64,000 nt of DNA, from positions 40,300,001 to 40,364,000 of the forward strand of contig NC_043005.1 of NCBI RefSeq assembly GCF_006345805.1, given 5' to 3'. The position numbers and the translations under genes are program-made. The notes below the pieces were generated by a model. It worked only from the letters and a program-made list of their open reading frames with translations, had not been told where the DNA came from and searched no databases. Within the stretch, counting starts at the first letter, position 1, and the number at the start of each line of letters is the position of its first letter. This document shows, in pieces, positions 24,753 to 39,794 of this stretch. The stretch is from Octopus sinensis. Taxonomy: Eukaryota.

Positions 24753-25604
24753 ATCAATGATGATACATTGTAATGTTGTATAATATTAGCAAAATAATTA
24801 AATAATCTATTTTTATTATCGGTACGATACATAAACTTTTCAAATGTTAAGACTGTCCATTGTTAAAAGTCAAAGGAGATCATTTTACTTTAAAGCGCGA
24901 TCAAACATGAACAATAATTGATACTATAACAAAGGAAACTTCTCATTAATTAGTTGCTATTATATAACTTTTACTAAAGGAGAGCAATTATTAAGTTCGA
25001 CAAAATTCTTACAATTTCCAATTTTAATATATATATATATATTTTTAATGAAAATGTGGTTTTGAAACTTCTTTTACTGTTGAAGATTTCAATTACACGC
25101 TAACCAGATAACAATTCTATTCAATTCTGTTCACTGTGACATGTTTTTTTTTTAACGTCTTGCATTTTTCTTTTTCTACTGTATCCTAGCAACGGTCTCC
25201 CTCTCCCTCTCTTTCACTTCCCATCTCTTCTTTGTTTATCGCATCTATTTCTATTAGTCTCTGTCGCCACTATTTCTATTAGTCCTGCTATATCCTTATG
25301 TCCTCATCTCTCTCACACTTATCCGCACCCTCTTTTATTTTCAACGATTTTTTTCCATTCGGTTTATACACTATTGTGTATAACCGAATGCATTATTTGT
25401 TTATAGTTTAGAATTTCTCAGTTCAACATATAATTTTCGTCTTTCTGTTACTTCTTTCCTTTTCATTCCAAGCAACGCTATCTGTCTGTCTGTTTGTCTC
25501 TTTCTATATATAATATATATAATATATATAATATATATAATATATATATATAATATAATATATAATATAATATATAATATATAATATATGATATATAATA
25601 TATG

Positions 25605-25657
<53 letters not shown>

Positions 25658-25680
25658 TATATATATTATATATATATATA

Positions 25681-26886
<1,206 letters not shown>

Positions 26887-28106
26887 GTAAATAGAGTTAA
26901 ACGCAGGTGTTATTCAAATATTTTTACTTCCGACATATGTTTCGAAGAAAACATTGGTATTATTCTAGAAGGAATAAAATGGTGTAAAACAATGCAATCT
27001 TCTCATCAGGGAAAGAAAGAAACCAAACATCAATAAGACATTTTAACAGAATGTGATGACCGCGTATAATGTGAAGGGAACGCTATCAAGTTTTTATTTA
27101 ATAATAATAAGTTGTTAAATACAAATCCACTAAAGGAAAATACTAACGTTGATTTTGTTAACACTAACCATTCTTTAAATAATAATGAGGCGGGGTTATT
27201 GTTTCTGAAGTTGACTCTAATCACATTAATTTTCTTAGCAGTAATTCTAAGTCCAAAACCTCTATTTATCTGTGTAAAATTACTTCCGGTTCTGGCGTCT
27301 TTTTTAAATAGGTAGTTCTTCATCTCAGTTGTCCAAAAGAATATCTTATCATTAATCCACATTTAGGCATATCAATAAACGTAACAATACTGGGCTTAGT
27401 AAATTAATCTGGTATCTAAAAGATCATAATAATTTAATTTGGAATGTAATATATTCTCTATATCTTTACCGTATGATAAAGGTAAATCTTTTTGTTCACC
27501 TTGTAACTGTGAAATGTACTTTATCCTGTTCTCAAAGAACCCCCTTGTAAACACGTTAATAGAACGCGTTTAACGTTGCCAACATTGACAGAAACATACC
27601 TTTAGTTCCTATAAGTGATTTCTACCATTCTATAAAATTCGACCTTTGACTTTCTTCTTGCATTTCACTTCCACTAAATATATCTACTTCCATACCTTTA
27701 TGATTTATTCTAATTCACCTATCACTCTATCTCTCCTCTATTTACATACCCTCCTTTTACACACACACACACATATATTCAGAGTTGAAACGCTGTTTGA
27801 TTTATTTTTTCAGGGTACAATTTTCATCATCCCACTACTAAGTACGACATGATCCCTTCCTTCCTTCCTTCTTTATTCATCTATCACCCCTTACTTTCTC
27901 ATTCATAAACAAAAGAGTATTATTATAGTAGATTATCTCGGTAACCATGGGAGCTATGAAAAATACAACGCCCAGCATCACCACCGGATCATTCTACACA
28001 TCTGTGTAATTTTTCGCGCAATTCCACCCAGCCGTTTTGACCGTGAATCCCCAAACAAGAAAGAATCACCCATGTCAAATTTACACACACACACACACAC
28101 ACCACA

Positions 28107-28137
<31 letters not shown>

Positions 28138-29035
28138 CCACATATATTTTTTATAGCTACACACACTCACACACGTACTATTATAATAAAAACACAAATC
28201 ATGTTAAATACAACTACGCAGGATTTCGTAGCAGAAATAATAAAAAAAATGGATAACAATTTATTTCGATCAGGAAATCTTGGATAGTTGTATTTAACAA
28301 GATTGGTGGCTTTTATTATAATATTATCTTTACACTCTTAGCTGATCGAGTGCTTTTCTACTTGTTAAAGCCTTACCACATAATCTCTCTCTAACTGCCA
28401 ATACGTCTTTTCTCCATTCCATTTTCTTTTGTCTTCCTTATTGTTTGTTTGCTTTGTACAGACATCTCCCCGCATCTGTATTAACTGTAATATTTATTCT
28501 CACCCGATCCAACAAAGTTTCTATGGTATCTATGGCGACGAGGATTTCGTAGCTCACACAGCCACTGTGTAGTATTGCGATATAACAGAGTCTCTGGTTT
28601 AACTGTGATTGGTTTGTTGTTTTTTTTTCTGTTATTATGGATACTTATTAAGTCACTTTTGAGAACAAGGAAAATTACTTTCTCATGTTGCTTATTTACA
28701 TTGTATCCTGTCTGTGGTTCTCTTTGTGTAGCGGCTTAGCTTTTTTTATTTCATTTATATCTTTGTTGATGAAGGATTTGAAATTGGTATTACGTATGTA
28801 TCCGATTTGTTTGTTATAGTTGTTTCTACGTAATGCAACAATGTTATATCGAACAAACTTATCGAAAATGTCCTTATTAACGGATAAACTGGATATTCTA
28901 AATGATATGCTTTTGATATGTCCATTGCTAATGATCTTGGATGGTTAGAAAGTTTATTTATGTAGTTTAGATTTTCGTTATATACATACATATACATACA
29001 TATACGTACACACACACGCGCACACATACACATAC

Positions 29036-29077
<42 letters not shown>

Positions 29078-29087
29078 ATATAGAAGG

Positions 29088-29138
29088 AGCTTCTACAGGA
29101 CTAGAACTGTTTCATTCAAGAGAAATCTTCAGGAAGCT
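29088..29138 (-). ncRNA. Type-I hammerhead ribozyme (left arm)
   Basis: Exact reverse complement of 29836-29886. Confidence 0.85.
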
Positions 29139-29835
29139 AGTTAACAAGAATTGTATGGCATTTATACATTTAGGCAGGTTTAAAGGGGTGGTGGTGGGGG
29201 ACTTTTTGGGGGTAGGCATAGCGCAAAATATCATACTTGGGGGAGTGGTCAAGGAGTCAGTGGTAAATTAGATAAAAGAATAAATAAAAATAAATAAATA
29301 AATAAATAAATAAAAAAATATATATAAAAAAGAATAGAGTTTTAGGTAAATAAGGAGATTCTCACTTATACCTATACACATATGTATACATATATACACA
29401 CACATACATACATATATACATACACACATACATACACACACACACATATACATATATATACACATACACATACATATACATATGTATATGTATGTATGTA
29501 TGTGTATGTATGTGTATGTGTATATATATGTATATGTGTGTGTGTGTATGTATGTGTGTGTATGATATGTATGTATGTGTGTGTATATATGTATACATAT
29601 GTGTATAGGTATAAGTGAGAATCTCCTTATTTACCTAAAACTCTATTCTTTTTATATATATTTTTTTATTATTTATTTATTTATTTTTTTTATATTCTTT
29701 TATCTAATTTACCACTGACTCCTTGACCACTCCCCAAGTATGATATTTTGCGCTATGCCTACCCCCAAAAGTCCCCCACCACCACCCCTTTAAACCTGCC
29801 TAAATGTATAAATGCCAATACAATTCTTGTTAACT

Positions 29836-29886
29836 AGCTTCCTGAAGATTTCTCTTGAATGAAACAGTTCTAGTCCTGTAGAAGCT
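29836..29886 (+). ncRNA. Type-I hammerhead ribozyme (right arm)
   Basis: agcttc-CTGAAGA-t-ttc-tctt-gaa-t-GAAA-cag-ttctagtc-ctg-TA-gaagct; all three stems pair, GUA triplet. Confidence 0.88.
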
Positions 29887-29972
29887 CCTTCTATATAATA
29901 AATTAATTTTACTCTGCTATGTATTGAGTACCTTATTTACTGTGGTTAACCCCGAATCAACCCGGGAGGACC

Positions 29973-30028
<56 letters not shown>

Positions 30029-30266
30029 GTATGCATGCATATTTGTATGTATGTATGCGTGTGTATGTATATGTATATGTATATATATGTATTGTATATA
30101 TATGTATATTATATATGCATATGTATGTATACTATATATGTATATATGTAAATATAATACATATGAATATAAATTTATGTATATGTATATATATATATAT
30201 ATAATATATATATATAATATATATATATATATACATGTATATCTATCTATCTATCTATCATCTATC

Positions 30267-30319
<53 letters not shown>

Positions 30320-30566
30320 CTATCATCATCATCTATATCTATCTATCTATCTATATAATATATGCACGTACTTGATGAAATAGTATAATATGGATAATAG
30401 ACTATCACGCAAAAGTAGCTTCTGTTTGATTAAAATTATCTGCATATTTTTTTGTTTAGGCAAAACATGGAGGGAGTTTGTAAAGCGTCGCCAAGTGAAA
30501 AAAAGGTGCTGAGATATAAACGGATGGGAATTGCTGGCCTAATGGTACCACGTCCCTATATTATTA

Positions 30567-30637
<71 letters not shown>

Positions 30638-31128
30638 GAGTGAGAGAGCACTGCATGCCATCAAAGTGACACTGGGGTAAAATATACGAAGCCCAGTATA
30701 CTCATCATGACTACCCGTCTGATATGGGACACTAGGCACATGCATCACAACCATATGTGCGCGACATGGTGATCTCATATCAAAATAAACAGCACATGAC
30801 CTTGCAGGTGGGGCCAGTTAGAATTTTCTTCAGGTCGAGTAACCCATCCCACTCGAAAGGTCCCTGAATAAGGGTTGTTTAAGGATGTTGAACGAACACC
30901 CATGTTTCCAGAGGTGAATTATTCAAACCCCAAAGAATCCCTCTCAACACATGGCTATGATGCTCCCCCACTACTTCTGCTCGTGATCAGAGATGCACAT
31001 ATCGTCAGCCACTAAGGGACATGCTCAACTGGTTAAGGTCAAACAACTGACAAGCAAATCTGTGGTATTGAGCAGAATATTTGCTGTAGCCCATCTTTTA
31101 TACCAAGACAAAACAATGTACATGATAA
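30638..31128. mobile_element. Unclassified ~490-bp non-coding insert flanked on both sides by (TTA)n
   Basis: Sharp-edged higher-GC block between (TTA)n tracts at ~30560-30637 and ~31130-31185; no ORF or motif recognised. Confidence 0.45.
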
Positions 31129-31129
31129 C

Positions 31130-31186
<57 letters not shown>

Positions 31187-31189
31187 ATA

Positions 31190-31547
31190 GTCTTGTTTTT
31201 ATCACGTGCTTTCACTGCACTACCGTGCACAGCACTGTGTACCTTTGGGTATGTGCTATGGTTTGTTGTGATGCTCTTATTTTTGCTGTATTGAAAGTGT
31301 TTTACGTAGGATGTGCTCGATGTCTAATAGTGCTATTTTCTGTATGCTATATATATATATATTTGTTACTCCTTGTGTTTTTGTTATGCATTTGTCTGAA
31401 TATTTTTTATCATACCTAATGTACCTAATATGATAGGATTTGTGTCTGTTTTTAGACTCCACATTGGAGTTACCTCTATTTCCAAGTCTTTATATATTTG
31501 AAAGTTTCTCCATTTCTTTTAGAGAAACGTTGTCATCTGTTGGTATC
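31190..31547 (-). mobile_element. R4/Dong-like LINE extreme 3' end with (TAA)n tail
   Basis: Minus strand IPTDDNVSLKEMEKLS../DLEIEV..W..KT..PIILGTLGMIKK..IQKIALL...HILRKTL, then a short UTR and (TAA)n. Confidence 0.8.
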
Positions 31548-32745
31548 ACCATCGTCGTCGTCGTTGTCATCATCATCATCATCATCATCATAATCATCAT
31601 CATCATCATCGTTGTTATCATTATTATTAAGGCGGCGAGATGGCAGAATCGTTTGCACTCCGGATGAAATTCTTAGCGGCATTTCGTCTGTCTTTACGTT
31701 CAAATTCTTGTTCTTATTATTACCTGATTACATAAATTACATTAGTTTTTGCCAGGTACCATATTCATGAAAACAGTAAAGGTATGCAGGCGCGAATCAT
31801 ACGCAATAGCTAGTGTTTTATTTGATATCTCTTTTATTTTATATTTCAGTGAAGTTAAAGCAATAGTAGTGTTAGAGTTTAATTCTTTCTTTCTTTTTTT
31901 AAATTTTTTTTTTTTTCGCATATTAAGATTTCCTTTGTGAAACACCTATCAACTTCCTTTCGGATAGTATAGTCCTTTAGAACTAAGTTTTGGAAACAAT
32001 GTGATAAATAAACGTTTCATTCATAAGTGTGTTAAGTGTGGGTGTATAAAGAGGTGGGTGTATAAAGAGGTGGGTGTGTGAATTGAGGAAATGCTATCAC
32101 AACAAATAGTTAAATGTAAAACGCAATACTCAAGCACACATACATACTCATGTGGATATTCATGCATACGATTGGGTGTTTCCGTGAACAGGGAGCCTCA
32201 TCGTTGTTCTTAAACCGACCTGAAATAGCAGCCAAATACCCTCAAATACAATCTGCTACCTTGAACAAAGAGAAGATATAACTGACAATGTAGTCCCTGG
32301 TATAAATAGGTTGGTCACGGCTGGAACATTTTTATCATGTCTTTTCAATCATGGAGCACTTATGGTTAAACAACAACAACTGCAACAACAATAAAAATTC
32401 TTGTTTGCTATTGCTCTCTCTCTCTCTTTCGCGTTATTTAATTGCTATATCTCCAATCTCCTCGATTCCTCCTAATCCCTATCTTCATCTTTCTCTCTTC
32501 ATTCCCTCTTTCTCTCTCTCTCTCTCTTTCTCTTACTTTCTCTCAGTCTGTCTCTCTATTGCCCTTTTTTTCTCATGCATTCCCATATCGCTTTAAAAAA
32601 TAACGGTACGATTGTAAATGACCACTTCAGTAAAAAAACAAACAAAACACTTTTGTATAGTTTGGAGTTTGGGTCTATCTGAGGTTTTAGGTCAGGGTCA
32701 CTGAAAAAGAATCTTTTGTGTTTATTTGCACCTAACAACTCACAA

Positions 32746-32752
32746 AGCAGCA

Positions 32753-32813
<61 letters not shown>

Positions 32814-32840
32814 CAACAATAACAACAACAACAACAAAAG
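32746..32840. repeat. (CAG)n/(CAA)n microsatellite
   Basis: Direct observation. Confidence 0.9.
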
Positions 32841-33483
32841 CAATAGTAATAGCAATGGTAAAAAAAGCACCAATAGTAAGATTAACTTTTCTGGTTACTG
32901 ATATATTTAGCTGTTTTTACAATTACAGCGAAAAAGTTGTATTAAAGGTAATAAAAACTACATAAAAAACCAAAGCAAAACAACAAAACAGTTGCAACAA
33001 CAACAACAATAACAACAACAGGATTACTAGCCGAAAAAGCAACACTAACAATGAAATAATACTTAATATTAACCACAATACTTACGGCAATATCGTATCT
33101 TCATACCGTATCAGACAAAAGGACTAAGTTCCTATAAAAGGAACAACCCAAATAGTGTATTACTTACCTATACACTGCACTACACAAGACTAAATTAGAT
33201 TATGTACGACAAAGCACTGCAACACATTTGCACTGCATTGCACAACACTACAATATAATGGAAACTCAGTGGTCTATCCTAAACTACAATATATTCTTAT
33301 TAATTGACTGTGTACTACAGTATATTATATTAACATTTCAGACCATACAACACCACTCTTTCCTCTCTGCAATACATTTTACTAGGCAAAACTACATTGT
33401 GATTTCTCTTAAATTGATGCTGTTTTGCACGATTTTGCGATATTAAGTAGTGCTTTGCTTTTCCTTATTACGTTCTGATAATA

Positions 33484-33601
33484 ATGATATAAAAATCTCA
33501 TCATAGACTTATGTTAAAATATAATATATAGTAGCGTGTCGAACATCGTCGCTGCAGTGACTCTCGAGAACAACAGATGCGTTTCGCCTTTGTTAAGGCT
33601 T
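33484..33601. repeat. 118-bp direct repeat, copy 1 (copy 2 at 35142-35259)
   Basis: Identical except for one position (agatgcg vs agaggcg). Confidence 0.9.
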
Positions 33602-33789
33602 TAGATTGTTTTAAAAAGTCCACGTCATAGTTAGACACACTTTGCGATGCACCAGTGTACCACGTTTGGCAGAAGGGTTCTTCATCAGAGTGACTGCTCC
33701 TTTTCTTCACTGAAAATTTATTTTCCTTTTGTATTTACTATATACCGGCGCAGACTATTGACAGTTACCTCAGATTCTGCTGCTTAACT

Positions 33790-34520
33790 TTTGCCGATAG
33801 TTTAAGAATGACTCAAGGGAGCTAATGACGAAACAATATTGGAGTTGGTCGTGCAAAGATGATTTGTAAGAGGAAAATTGTGAGCTTCCTGACAGCTGCC
33901 CAAGATGACGCATTCAATATAAATCAAGTGAAAAAAAAAGATACTTACCATCTGAGAAACTAACCAATACTGATCTTGTGCGGAGAAAAGTGAGAATATG
34001 ACCCACTTTGTCACTGGCTGTAAACTGTCATCCCAGAAATATTACAAATGTCATGACAAAATTTACATTAATATTGGGATGTTTGTCGAAAATATGGATT
34101 TGAAAAAGTCTCTGCAAAATCCTACCAGTCTAAGATCAAAAGGACACTGGTAAACAATCAAGTAAAAACCTTAAGGGACTCTAACATTGAAAGAGATCAT
34201 GTCAGAACTCAAAACCTGATATTGTGGTTGTTCATACAGACATAAATGAAAGTTTTTATAATCGATATTGCTATATCTGGAGACTAGATACCGAACAACA
34301 TGAATTTGAGAAAACTGATAATGCGATTGCCTATAAAGAAACAAACAAATGTTTTATAATCGACATTGCTATAATTGGAGAGCACAATACTGCCCCCAAA
34401 GAATTCCAAAACATTGATAACTACTCAGAACTTATGTGAACATTCTCAAAAAAGTGGAAGAGCAGGAGGACATGTTGAAATCAAATATAGTCGGAACAAA
34501 AGAGAGAGACACAGTTATTA
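33790..34520 (+). pseudogene. Highly decayed R4-like RLE LINE fragment
   Basis: Fragmented C(AE)KSENMTHFVTGCK..HDK..WDVCRKYGFEK..KPDIVVV..KCFIIDIAI. Confidence 0.6.
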
Positions 34521-34801
34521 AAAAGTAGTTCCTATTCTATCTAAGAAAAAGAAACAAAAAAGAAAAAGAAAACTGCATGTATCAAAACGGTATCAGTATA
34601 TGAAGATTTGCATTGTTTGGAATTAATAATATTCTTAAAAAAAAAAGAAAAGAAATTACATTCTGACCGACATCTTTATAACAATTGATATTATTTTCAA
34701 TTTCCAGTTACAACACCCATATTGAATATAGAAATATGAACAAATTGATAGTTGCAGTAGTGGTAGTATTAGTAACAGCAGCAGTAAAAGTAATAGTAGG
34801 A

Positions 34802-34802
<1 letters not shown>

Positions 34803-34864
<62 letters not shown>

Positions 34865-34884
34865 TAATAATAATAATAATAATG

Positions 34885-34915
<31 letters not shown>

Positions 34916-34943
34916 TGATAATAATAATAATAATAATAATAAT

Positions 34944-34976
<33 letters not shown>
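34803..34976. repeat. (AAT)n microsatellite
   Basis: Direct observation. Confidence 0.95.
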
Positions 34977-35228
34977 TTCTTTTTCATCAGGACGATGGGC
35001 GAGGAGACGATATAAAGATATAAAATGTTTGGGTTCTAACATATAATAGATTGAAAAAGAAACTGATTTTTTAAAATGTAAGTAGACATATACAATCAGC
35101 ATCTCTATTTCAAATTAAATGTAAAGCTATCGTTTGCAGGTATGATATAAAAATCTCATCATAGACTTATGTTAAAATATAATATATAGTAGCGTGTCGA
35201 ACATCGTCGCTGCAGTGACTCTCGAGAA

Positions 35229-35269
35229 CAACAGAGGCGTTTCGCCTTTGTTAAGGCTTGTCAGTACCG
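35229..35269 (-). ncRNA. Decayed hammerhead motif
   Basis: Minus strand cggta-CTGACAA-gcctt-aac-aaaggc-GAAA-cgcc-TC-tgttg; one core mismatch and a weak stem I. Confidence 0.45.
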
Positions 35270-36140
35270 TTTACTCTGACTCGCGCCTGCTTTTCCTTCT
35301 CTATAAGTTCTCTAAAGAACACCAATATGGAATTTCAATTGACAACTTCGCCGAAATGTTAGAGGGTCTTCACTTGACCCAGGATTGCAGCTCTCTCTTA
35401 AAGAGGCAAGTATAGTTTCCCATCGTTTCTCATCGCGCACGCTTATGTGCGTGGGTGATTCAGATTCTTTGAACAAAATTTGTCTGTACAACGAATCAAG
35501 ATAGAATATTTTGCTATGTTAGATATTTTAAGGAACTCTTATATATATATGAACCATTGAGGTGAATTACTCAGCGATCCCATTCGTATGAAAAAATAGT
35601 TAAGTTAGTGTTAACATGTATAATATAATTAGCATAAAAAGCAGGTTAGAAATAGCTGTACATTGAGGAAAATATAAATTACAACATCAGCTCAATCACT
35701 GATATTATTTTAATCATTTCGGCAAGTGGAGGAGATAGCTGTTTCATTGCTCTTAGGGCTCCTCAGCGAAGTATAACTTCACTGTATTTTGGAATTTACG
35801 AGTAAATCACTATGTAACAGTAGATCCAGGAATTTATTTGAAAAACATAAAAAAATGCTGAGCGAATTCCGGAGGATACTTATGAGATCCGTTTTGAGAC
35901 AACTATTCTGTAGCATAGATTGACGTTTCTTGTTAAATCTGGATTAGAGAATCTCCGAGCTGTTGTTACCGTAAAGGATACATTTCAGCCCAAAGCAGGA
36001 AATGCGTAGTTCAGACCTTGTTGTTTTCTTCCGTCAGGGTTTTGTTAAAAAAATCTATCGTTGAAATTTACGTAAATATCTATATATTATTCGCTGTTCA
36101 GTATAACATCCCTGATTATTATCTTATAATTTCAGTCAAC
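35270..36140 (-). pseudogene. Possible very decayed PLE reverse transcriptase relic
   Basis: Traces in RT order (RIVVS..GS; ADVV..FPNV; NGIA..SP) upstream of the hammerhead relic; heavily frameshifted. Confidence 0.35.
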
Positions 36141-36207
36141 CTTTTTCTTAAAATATGAACATGTATTCACCATTCAATCGAATAATATATATTATAAAAA
36201 TATAAAC

Positions 36208-36315
<108 letters not shown>

Positions 36316-36377
36316 ACGCACACACGTACGCACGCACGCATACACACACACCACACACACACACACACACAGAGTGT

Positions 36378-36620
36378 GAAAGCGCATGGCTTAGTGGTTA
36401 AAGTGTTGCATTCATGATTCCGAGATCGCGGGTTCTATTCCCAGACCGGACGTTACGTTGTGTTCTTGAGCAAAGCACTTCATTCCACGTTGCTCTGCGA
36501 TCATTTCAACATGACACATTTCGACATGTGGTAACCCATTGCACCTGTACAGGTAATGTCGATCTATACAAACATTTGATCACTATAAACAAATCATCTG
36601 TGTGGTTGTTCGGTAAGTAA
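36378..36620 (+). mobile_element. tRNA-derived SINE (family C)
   Basis: A box tggcttagtggtt, B box gggttctattcc, followed by gttgtgttcttgagcaaagcactt (CORE/Meta-like). Confidence 0.7.
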
Positions 36621-36621
36621 T

Positions 36622-39500
36622 TCAGTTTTGTATTCGCCACAACGGGCTATACATAAATGGACAAAACAGGACAGACAATAACAAATAAGGGTCTACAACA
36701 GGGCGGAATGGACGGATGGAATAACAATATGAATAGAATTAACAAAAACAAAAATGTTTACATAACAATTATGATATAACTAGGTGAAATGTTGGGCATA
36801 GAGACCCCACAAGCCACGACCCAGCACTGTCCTCACACGGGAGACTAAGGTATTACGTTGAAGTTGGCCACATTCATACTCAACATCGAGTCGCTTGCAT
36901 CCATCTAAGTTCACACGCGGCGGTAGTAACTCTATCTTTAGCCTTATTTTTCTTTTTAGGTGGTAAGAGAAATATTTGATTAAACCCTGGCCAGAGAGAA
37001 AGTTGCCCGTCTTTATTCCTTTTACTCTTGTCAGCCATACGACCTCTTTCGCTATAGCCACCAAGCAGAGAAAAGTTGTCTGCTTTCCCGGCTAAAGGAA
37101 GGAGAAGGGACAATCTTAATGATGGACTCAGTTGGAAACTCTACTCCTCCTAGAGGCGACAGCAGGTGTTCTACGTAAACTCAAAGATCTGAAACCAACG
37201 AACACTATATGATAGCGTGCAGAACAGTTTCGTTGCTTTGTTCGCATCTCGGACATGTCCGTGTGTCTGCATATCTGTACCTGAAGAGTTTTTCGTGAAC
37301 AAGGAACGCTCCTCGGTAGCACTGCCAGACCTGGGCTTTCTGGTAGTTATCCATGGACCCCGGCCTCAGAGTCCTCCAGAACAGACTGATGAGATGACCG
37401 TCATCGAAGCTCAGAGTTTCCCCCCAGAACGGCACTGCACTTACCAACCATTAATCCTATATAAAAGGACGAGGTAGAGCCCCCACCGCTCGTCTTGCCC
37501 GTTCAGCAGAGAAGCGAGAGGGCCTGACGGTACTCTGCTTGCCAAGCACCCAGCTTAGGTCTACGCTTGATCCATGAGTTCAATTCACTAAAGGAGTCGA
37601 ACTGTGCGAAGATCAGTTTCACGAAGGGTGACCACATCTGTTCACCGTCTAGGTAGAGCTGGAGATGTCTCAGCCTTAGCGCATGTCTGCACATTTTCAG
37701 CTAAGGCATGTCCAGCCTTCCATTTAGCGGTAGTTGACAGCAAATAGAACGTCTGACCACAAAAAAGTGGAAAAGCAGGCGCTCCCCGCTTGACCAGACA
37801 CGAATCCGAGCAAGGCACGACGGTTAGGCGGTAGATGATGACGGATTCGATAAACATATTCACCACCTCCGCCCTCCCTTTCAAGGACAGCTTCTTATCG
37901 GCCCATTTCTGGGTGAGATTGGCCACCTTGCTCGTAATCTTATCCCAGTTTCTCTCTATTTGGAGGTCTGGAGCAAACGAGCAATTTCACCGGGTCATCC
38001 GTCCAGCGTCCTACGACGTTGTTGGGGGGCATCGACCTGCCTCTCCAGGTCCCAAAGAAAGCCTCTAGGCTTCTGAAATAGTCGGATTGTCTCGTGTCGT
38101 TTGGAGAATAAACAGCAACCAATCTGAAGGCACTGTCGCTGCTGTGTGTCACATCAAGGACGACCAACTTGCCCTCTGGGTCCACAAAGATTGTCTCGAT
38201 TTCTAAATCAGGCCTTTCCGGAATAAGACCAGTTTCTCCGCCTCCTCTGGGATGGCATGGAGATAAGTATATATCCTAGCCATTGAAGAGGGGAGAAGGA
38301 CCTGCGGATCGGTCAGCCTGGTTTCACTGGCGACTATGACATCCAAATCCCATGACCTGAGATCGTTTAGCAAGCCTGCTTGCTTCCAATACGATTCCAG
38401 GCCACGCACATTCACACTGCTAAGCTTGAACGAAACCATGAGGTGAGATAAAAAAAATTATTTACTTACTTTGAGATCGAAGGGGTGGGGATAGGGATGT
38501 AGAGATATCCTCCCCTCCCGGTGTGGCTTGTGGAGTGTCCTTGATTAAGTTCTGGAAAATATGTTTCATGAAATGCAGCTGTAAAGTTCCAGTATCATTA
38601 GGGAATTGTTCTTTTAGTTTGATATATGAATGACTATCGATTTTTATTAGTTCTTTGTGTTCAGGAATTTGTGTTTGTGTGTGTGTGTGTGAGTGAGAGA
38701 GAGAGCATTGATAGGTGTGATGGGGGCGTTGAAAGGTGTGATGTGGGGATTTTCACTCGTATTTTATTAAGTGTGTATTCTTGGTGTTAATTGCTGTGAT
38801 GTTAGTGACAGATTCGGGATTATGAGATGCAGGTGTGTGTAGGGTGTGTGCTTGTAGTGTGGTGTGTGTCTGTGGGGCGGGATGGGGTGGGGTTCGGGGA
38901 AGTGTTTTTTCTTTTCCTTCTTTTCTTTGTCATATCTTTCCATTGCTTGTCTGTTGTTGAGTTGTCTTGACTTTCTGTGGTAATGTTGGTGCTAGTTGGT
39001 ATGGTGTTTTGGTTGTTAGCATTATCTTTGTGAGCATTACTCGTCCTGGTGTCCGGCGCGGGGCTTGTTGGTGGCACTGGGCTGGTTTTGGTGTTGTTTG
39101 CCTAGGCCTGGTGCTCTGAAGACTCATCTGGTAGTGGGTAACCCGTTGCTGAGGTATCCGATAGGCAAGAGCTTGTGATGTGGCCCTTTTGACCACATTT
39201 ATAACATCTGGGCCTTCGTCCCTCCACTATTACTCGGAGGGTTGTGCCATCCAATAACTTTATTAAATCTGGAAATGACTCGAGACCCTGTTGGGTGGCC
39301 TGGATTATAATTCCCAGGCCTTGGCCTCTTTAGTTTTGTTAGTGCAGCTTCGTGACTTGCAGTATGGAAATATTACTTTCCAAATCGAGCCGCCACTAGC
39401 CACACCAAGTCAGTTTCCGGTGGGACCTTCCCAATTTTTATTCTAGACGTGCGTCTGCCCATATAAGTGGGCAGCAGCACCAATTCGTTGGTCTTCAAAG
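36622..39500 (-). mobile_element. Tx1/L1-clade LINE with internal deletion (ORF1 CCHC, APE endonuclease, ORF2 C-terminus, 3' UTR)
   Basis: ORF1 EGRRPRCYKCGQKGHITSSC (~39170-39235); ORF2 start MVSFKLSSVNVRGL..VASETRL (38439); RLVAVYSPN; W..KKLSLKGRAEVVN; CPRCEQSNETVLH; RT core missing. Confidence 0.85.
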
Positions 39501-39794
39501 GCACTGTAATCGACTTACCTCCTTCTCCGAAATTTCTGGCCTTGTGCCAAAATTTGAAAGCGATATTATCAATATATTAGAGCCTTCAGGGAACTCATTA
39601 ACCGAAAGTAGTATCAGCATGGTAAAGAACTGAAGCTCGATTCTTTCTTTAAGCTAATATGTCCCCAATCTGTTACAACTTTATACCCATTGATGATATT
39701 GATGACCCATCTGTTTTTCACTCCTTCCCACTCTCTACAGTGACTTCGGGCTCCAGAAAGAAGTACTAGCGCCTTATAACTCTAGTAATTAATA

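Larger units (their letters stand above)
29073..29975. mobile_element. Young ~900-bp fold-back element between (TA)n tracts with a hammerhead in each arm
   Basis: 29073-~29400 is the reverse complement of ~29570-29901; CA/TG microsatellite centre; ~75-bp tail only on the right arm. Confidence 0.9.

Noticed and set aside
26890-27640. ORFs 27030-27362 and 27112-27315 as RT relic or host exon
   Set aside because: No motif in consistent order; AT-rich chance ORFs.
28533-28548. Second TGGCGACGAGG PBS-like motif
   Set aside because: No paired LTR or PPT could be identified around it.
32716-32965. Poly-Ser/Ala/Gln ORFs over the CAG repeat
   Set aside because: Simple trinucleotide tract in an A-rich context with no flanking coding signal.
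36378-36450. tRNA gene candidates (also at 1230, ~5640 and 56217)
   Set aside because: A and B boxes are present but there is no complete cloverleaf; they are SINE or pLTR heads.
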